Positions 21,954-24,000 of a stretch of 24,000 bases of DNA are shown in pieces. The stretch is taken from positions 22,743-46,742 of the forward strand of contig DIWS01000015.1 of the NCBI GenBank assembly GCA_002423585.1, in the 5' to 3' direction. This stretch comes from Actinobacteria bacterium UBA6100. Lineage in GTDB: Bacteria; Actinomycetota; Coriobacteriia; Anaerosomatales; Anaerosomataceae. The first letter of the stretch is position 1. The number at the start of each line of letters is the position of its first letter. Under the pieces are notes generated by a model that saw nothing but the letters and a program-made list of their open reading frames with translations, was not told where the DNA came from and did not search any database. The translations under genes were made by a program, and so were the position numbers.

Positions 21954-23594
21954 ATGTCCCTCCGCCGGCAGATCTGGCTGGTTGTGGTCACAGCGGTCCT
22001 ATCGCTCGCGTTGCTGAGTGGCGCCGTGATACAGGCCATCATGCAGAGAGCGCTTGAGGAGTCCACCGCCTCACAGGGCATCTCGATCGCCAGTGCGTTC
22101 GCCGCCACGGCAACGGACCATGTGCTTCTCGATGATCGTCTCCAACTGATGGATCACGTACGTCTCACCGTGGAGTCACAGTCTGATGTGGTCTACATCT
22201 TCGTGATCGATCGCCATGGTGACGTGATCGCATCCACCTTCGGCAAGGCGGTTCCTCCCGGGCTGCTTGATCTTGCCAGCCCATCCGAAGGCGAGGAGTA
22301 CTCGCTCCAGAGCCTGTCCACCGAGGAGGGCCGGGTGCTCGACATCGCGGTACCCATCATGGCCGGGGAGGCGGGCTTCGCCCATGTGGGGCTGTCGGAG
22401 GCGCGCTCGCAGGCAGCGATGAGACGGACGGCACTCACATTGCTCGTCGCGATGCTCGGCATGCTCGGCATCGCGCTGATGATCTCGCTCGGCGGGGGTC
22501 GCATGATCGCGAAGCCGCTTGAGCAGTTGGCCGAGGTCGCGTCGAGGGTGGGGACGGGCGACCTGACGGTGCGGGCCCCCGTGGAGGGCGAGAAGGAGAT
22601 CGTGCTGGTCGCCACCGCGTTCAACAAGATGCTCGGTGCGCTCGAGGAGGACATCGCGCGCCGCGAGGCCGTCGAGGACGATCTCGAGCGGGCACGCGAC
22701 GAGCTCGAGGCGCGGGTCATCGCCCGGACCGCCGACCTCGCCGACGCCAACGAGGAACTCACCTCGATGAACGAGGAGATGGCGGTCGCCAACGAGGAGC
22801 TCACAGCGATGAATGAGGAGTTGATCTCGCTCAACGAGGATCTCGAGCATGCGAACAGTGATCTGGAAGCGGCGAACCGTGCGGTCGTGGAGGCCACCCG
22901 AGCCAAGGCGGACTTCCTTGCGGCGATGAGTCACGAGCTCCGGACGCCGCTCAACTCGGTCATCGGGTTCTCGGACATCATGTTGCGCGAGATGTCGGGA
23001 CCGCTCACCGGCGAGCAGCGACGCCAGCTTGAGATGGTCCGCTCGTCGGGTTCGTATCTCCTCACGCTCATCAACGACGTACTGGATATCGCCCGGATGG
23101 ACCGCGGTCAGCTGCTTCCCGATCTGTCGCTCGTGGACCTCCGCGAGGTGGTGGAACATGCGTTCACGGCGTTCCACGCCATCGGAGCCGAAAAGGGTCT
23201 CGAGATGCGACTCGTTCTGCCCGACACGGATTGCCGGATCATGACCGACCCGACCCGGTTCGAGCAGATACTCGTGAACCTGCTCGGCAACGCGGTGAAG
23301 TTCACCGCGGAGGGCTGGATCGAGTCGCGGGTCGTACGGTCGGATGGGATGATCGAGATCACGGTGGCGGACAGCGGTCACGGAATCGCCGCCGAGGACA
23401 TCCCGCGCGTCTTCGAGGAGTTCTACCAGGTACACACCGAGGCGGGAACACACATAGGAGGCACGGGGCTGGGCCTTGCCATCTCCCGGCGGCTTGCAGC
23501 AGCACTGGGCGGCACGCTCACACTCGAAAGTGAGCTCGGCCGGGGTTCAATGTTCACGCTGCGGCTGCCGGCCGAAGACCCCGCTGGCGACTGA
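21954..23594 (+). CDS. Sensor histidine kinase (2 TM with an extracytoplasmic domain, HAMP, a NEEL-heptad coiled coil, HisKA and HATPase_c)
   Basis: TM1 is IWLVVVTAVLSLALLSGAVIQAI and TM2 is LTLLVAMLGMLGIALMISLGG. The HAMP region includes PLEQLAEVASRVGTGDLTV. The H-box is FLAAMSHELRTPLNSVIGFSD, the N-box is LVNLLGNAVKFT, and the G-boxes are DSGHGI and GTGLGLAISRRLA. The start is ambiguous: ATG 21954 (chosen), ATG 21918 or 21912, or GTG 21891, the last three overlapping the upstream gene. Confidence 0.85.
   Translation: MSLRRQIWLVVVTAVLSLALLSGAVIQAIMQRALEESTASQGISIASAFAATATDHVLLDDRLQLMDHVRLTVESQSDVVYIFVIDRHGDVIASTFGKAVPPGLLDLASPSEGEEYSLQSLSTEEGRVLDIAVPIMAGEAGFAHVGLSEARSQAAMRRTALTLLVAMLGMLGIALMISLGGGRMIAKPLEQLAEVASRVGTGDLTVRAPVEGEKEIVLVATAFNKMLGALEEDIARREAVEDDLERARDELEARVIARTADLADANEELTSMNEEMAVANEELTAMNEELISLNEDLEHANSDLEAANRAVVEATRAKADFLAAMSHELRTPLNSVIGFSDIMLREMSGPLTGEQRRQLEMVRSSGSYLLTLINDVLDIARMDRGQLLPDLSLVDLREVVEHAFTAFHAIGAEKGLEMRLVLPDTDCRIMTDPTRFEQILVNLLGNAVKFTAEGWIESRVVRSDGMIEITVADSGHGIAAEDIPRVFEEFYQVHTEAGTHIGGTGLGLAISRRLAAALGGTLTLESELGRGSMFTLRLPAEDPAGD
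22749..22874 (+). repeat. Six tandem 21-nt (heptad) repeats inside the kinase gene
   Basis: NEELTSM NEEMAVA NEELTAM NEELISL NEDLEHA NSDLEAA. At DNA level these are imperfect AACGAGGAGCTCAC-type 21-mers, in frame. Confidence 0.7.
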
Positions 23595-23617
23595 GGCCCC
23601 TTCGGGTTCCCGCGAGC

Positions 23618-24000
23618 CTACTGCACCTGCATGAGCGAGTCGGTGGGGGCGTGCGAGTCGGTCAGCAGCGGCACGTCCGCGACCTCCACCGGTGCGGTGT
23701 AGAGGTCTTCGGCCATCCCGGCGAACCCGTCGATCGACACGGTGCCGTCGACGCGCGACGCGATCGCCTCGCGGAGTGCATCCTCGGTCACGCGTGTGTC
23801 CGTGGCCAGCACGATGATGTTGCGGCGCGTCTCCTCCGAGCCATCGCTGCCGATGCCGATCGGGAAGACCCAGAGGTCGTCCCACACGCCGAGCGCCGTG
23901 CGGTACATGCTGTGGAACAGGTTGCTGCCGCTCCCCTCGGTGGAGGAGATCACGTTGTACGCGAGCACGCCATCGGGTGACATCACCGCCTTCACCTCGC
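23618..24000 (-). CDS. C-terminal part of a spermidine synthase-like (polyamine aminopropyltransferase family) protein; the gene continues past the window end
   Basis: The C-terminus, ...NIIVLATD...PLLTDSHAPTDSLMQVQ, resembles the LTDDxAPVDxL ending of spermidine-synthase-like proteins. The frame is open to the window edge, so the GTG at 23995 is probably internal. Confidence 0.45.
   Translation of the reverse strand, partial: EVKAVMSPDGVLAYNVISSTEGSGSNLFHSMYRTALGVWDDLWVFPIGIGSDGSEETRRNIIVLATDTRVTEDALREAIASRVDGTVSIDGFAGMAEDLYTAPVEVADVPLLTDSHAPTDSLMQVQ

Noticed and set aside
20894-22108. 404-aa minus-strand ORF covering the PhnD-like gene, and the 22176-23453 ORF antisense to the kinase
   Set aside because: These are antisense shadows of genes with clear signal peptide/PBP motifs and H/N/G-box motifs. 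No independent support exists.
1-24000. CRISPR arrays, rRNA or tRNA genes, IS elements, and large non-coding tandem repeats
   Set aside because: By eye I saw no spacer-repeat periodicity, no cloverleaf-compatible intergenic segments, and no transposase-like or integrase-like ORFs. The only tandem repeat is the in-frame 21-nt heptad array inside the kinase gene.

Overview
This is a visibly GC-rich chromosomal window with GGAGG-type ribosome-binding sites, which suggests a high-GC Gram-positive or actinobacterial organism. I cannot assign a taxon. I support about 24 protein-coding genes. I found no rRNA, tRNA, CRISPR array, transposase or integrase. Housekeeping genes (panD, purB, a tRNA-dihydrouridine synthase) are interspersed with accessory modules, listed here in window order. 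(1) A P2-type cation P-type ATPase runs off the left edge and is absent from the ORF track; it is preceded by a yybP-ykoY (Mn2+) riboswitch-like leader. (2) A putative operon encodes an NrtR-like Nudix regulator, a soluble SPFH/band-7 protein and a NAD-kinase-like (COG3199-type) protein, behind a promoter overlapped by a palindrome. (3) An RHH antitoxin / GNAT toxin pair. (4) A His-rich CPH-type copper ATPase (CopB-like) lies 27 nt downstream of an 879-aa protein. That protein fuses a P-loop-less KaiC/RecA-like domain to a PPDK_N ATP-grasp domain. (5) A heliorhodopsin gene ends a same-strand run of membrane proteins: a TRIC/UPF0126 channel, a 4-TM unknown, and a TspO lacking TM1. A MenA-like UbiA prenyltransferase follows it. 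(6) A divergent, translationally coupled pair encodes a B12-binding radical SAM enzyme and a class I methyltransferase. (7) A YegP/DUF1508-like ORF has no usable start codon. (8) A PhnD-like binding protein is paired with a HAMP histidine kinase whose stalk carries six tandem NEEL heptads. The heliorhodopsin neighbourhood is the most interesting part, followed by the NrtR-SPFH-NadK-like set and the KaiC-like/PPDK_N fusion. All functional calls rest on motif recognition by eye and on recalled family signatures. No database search was run.
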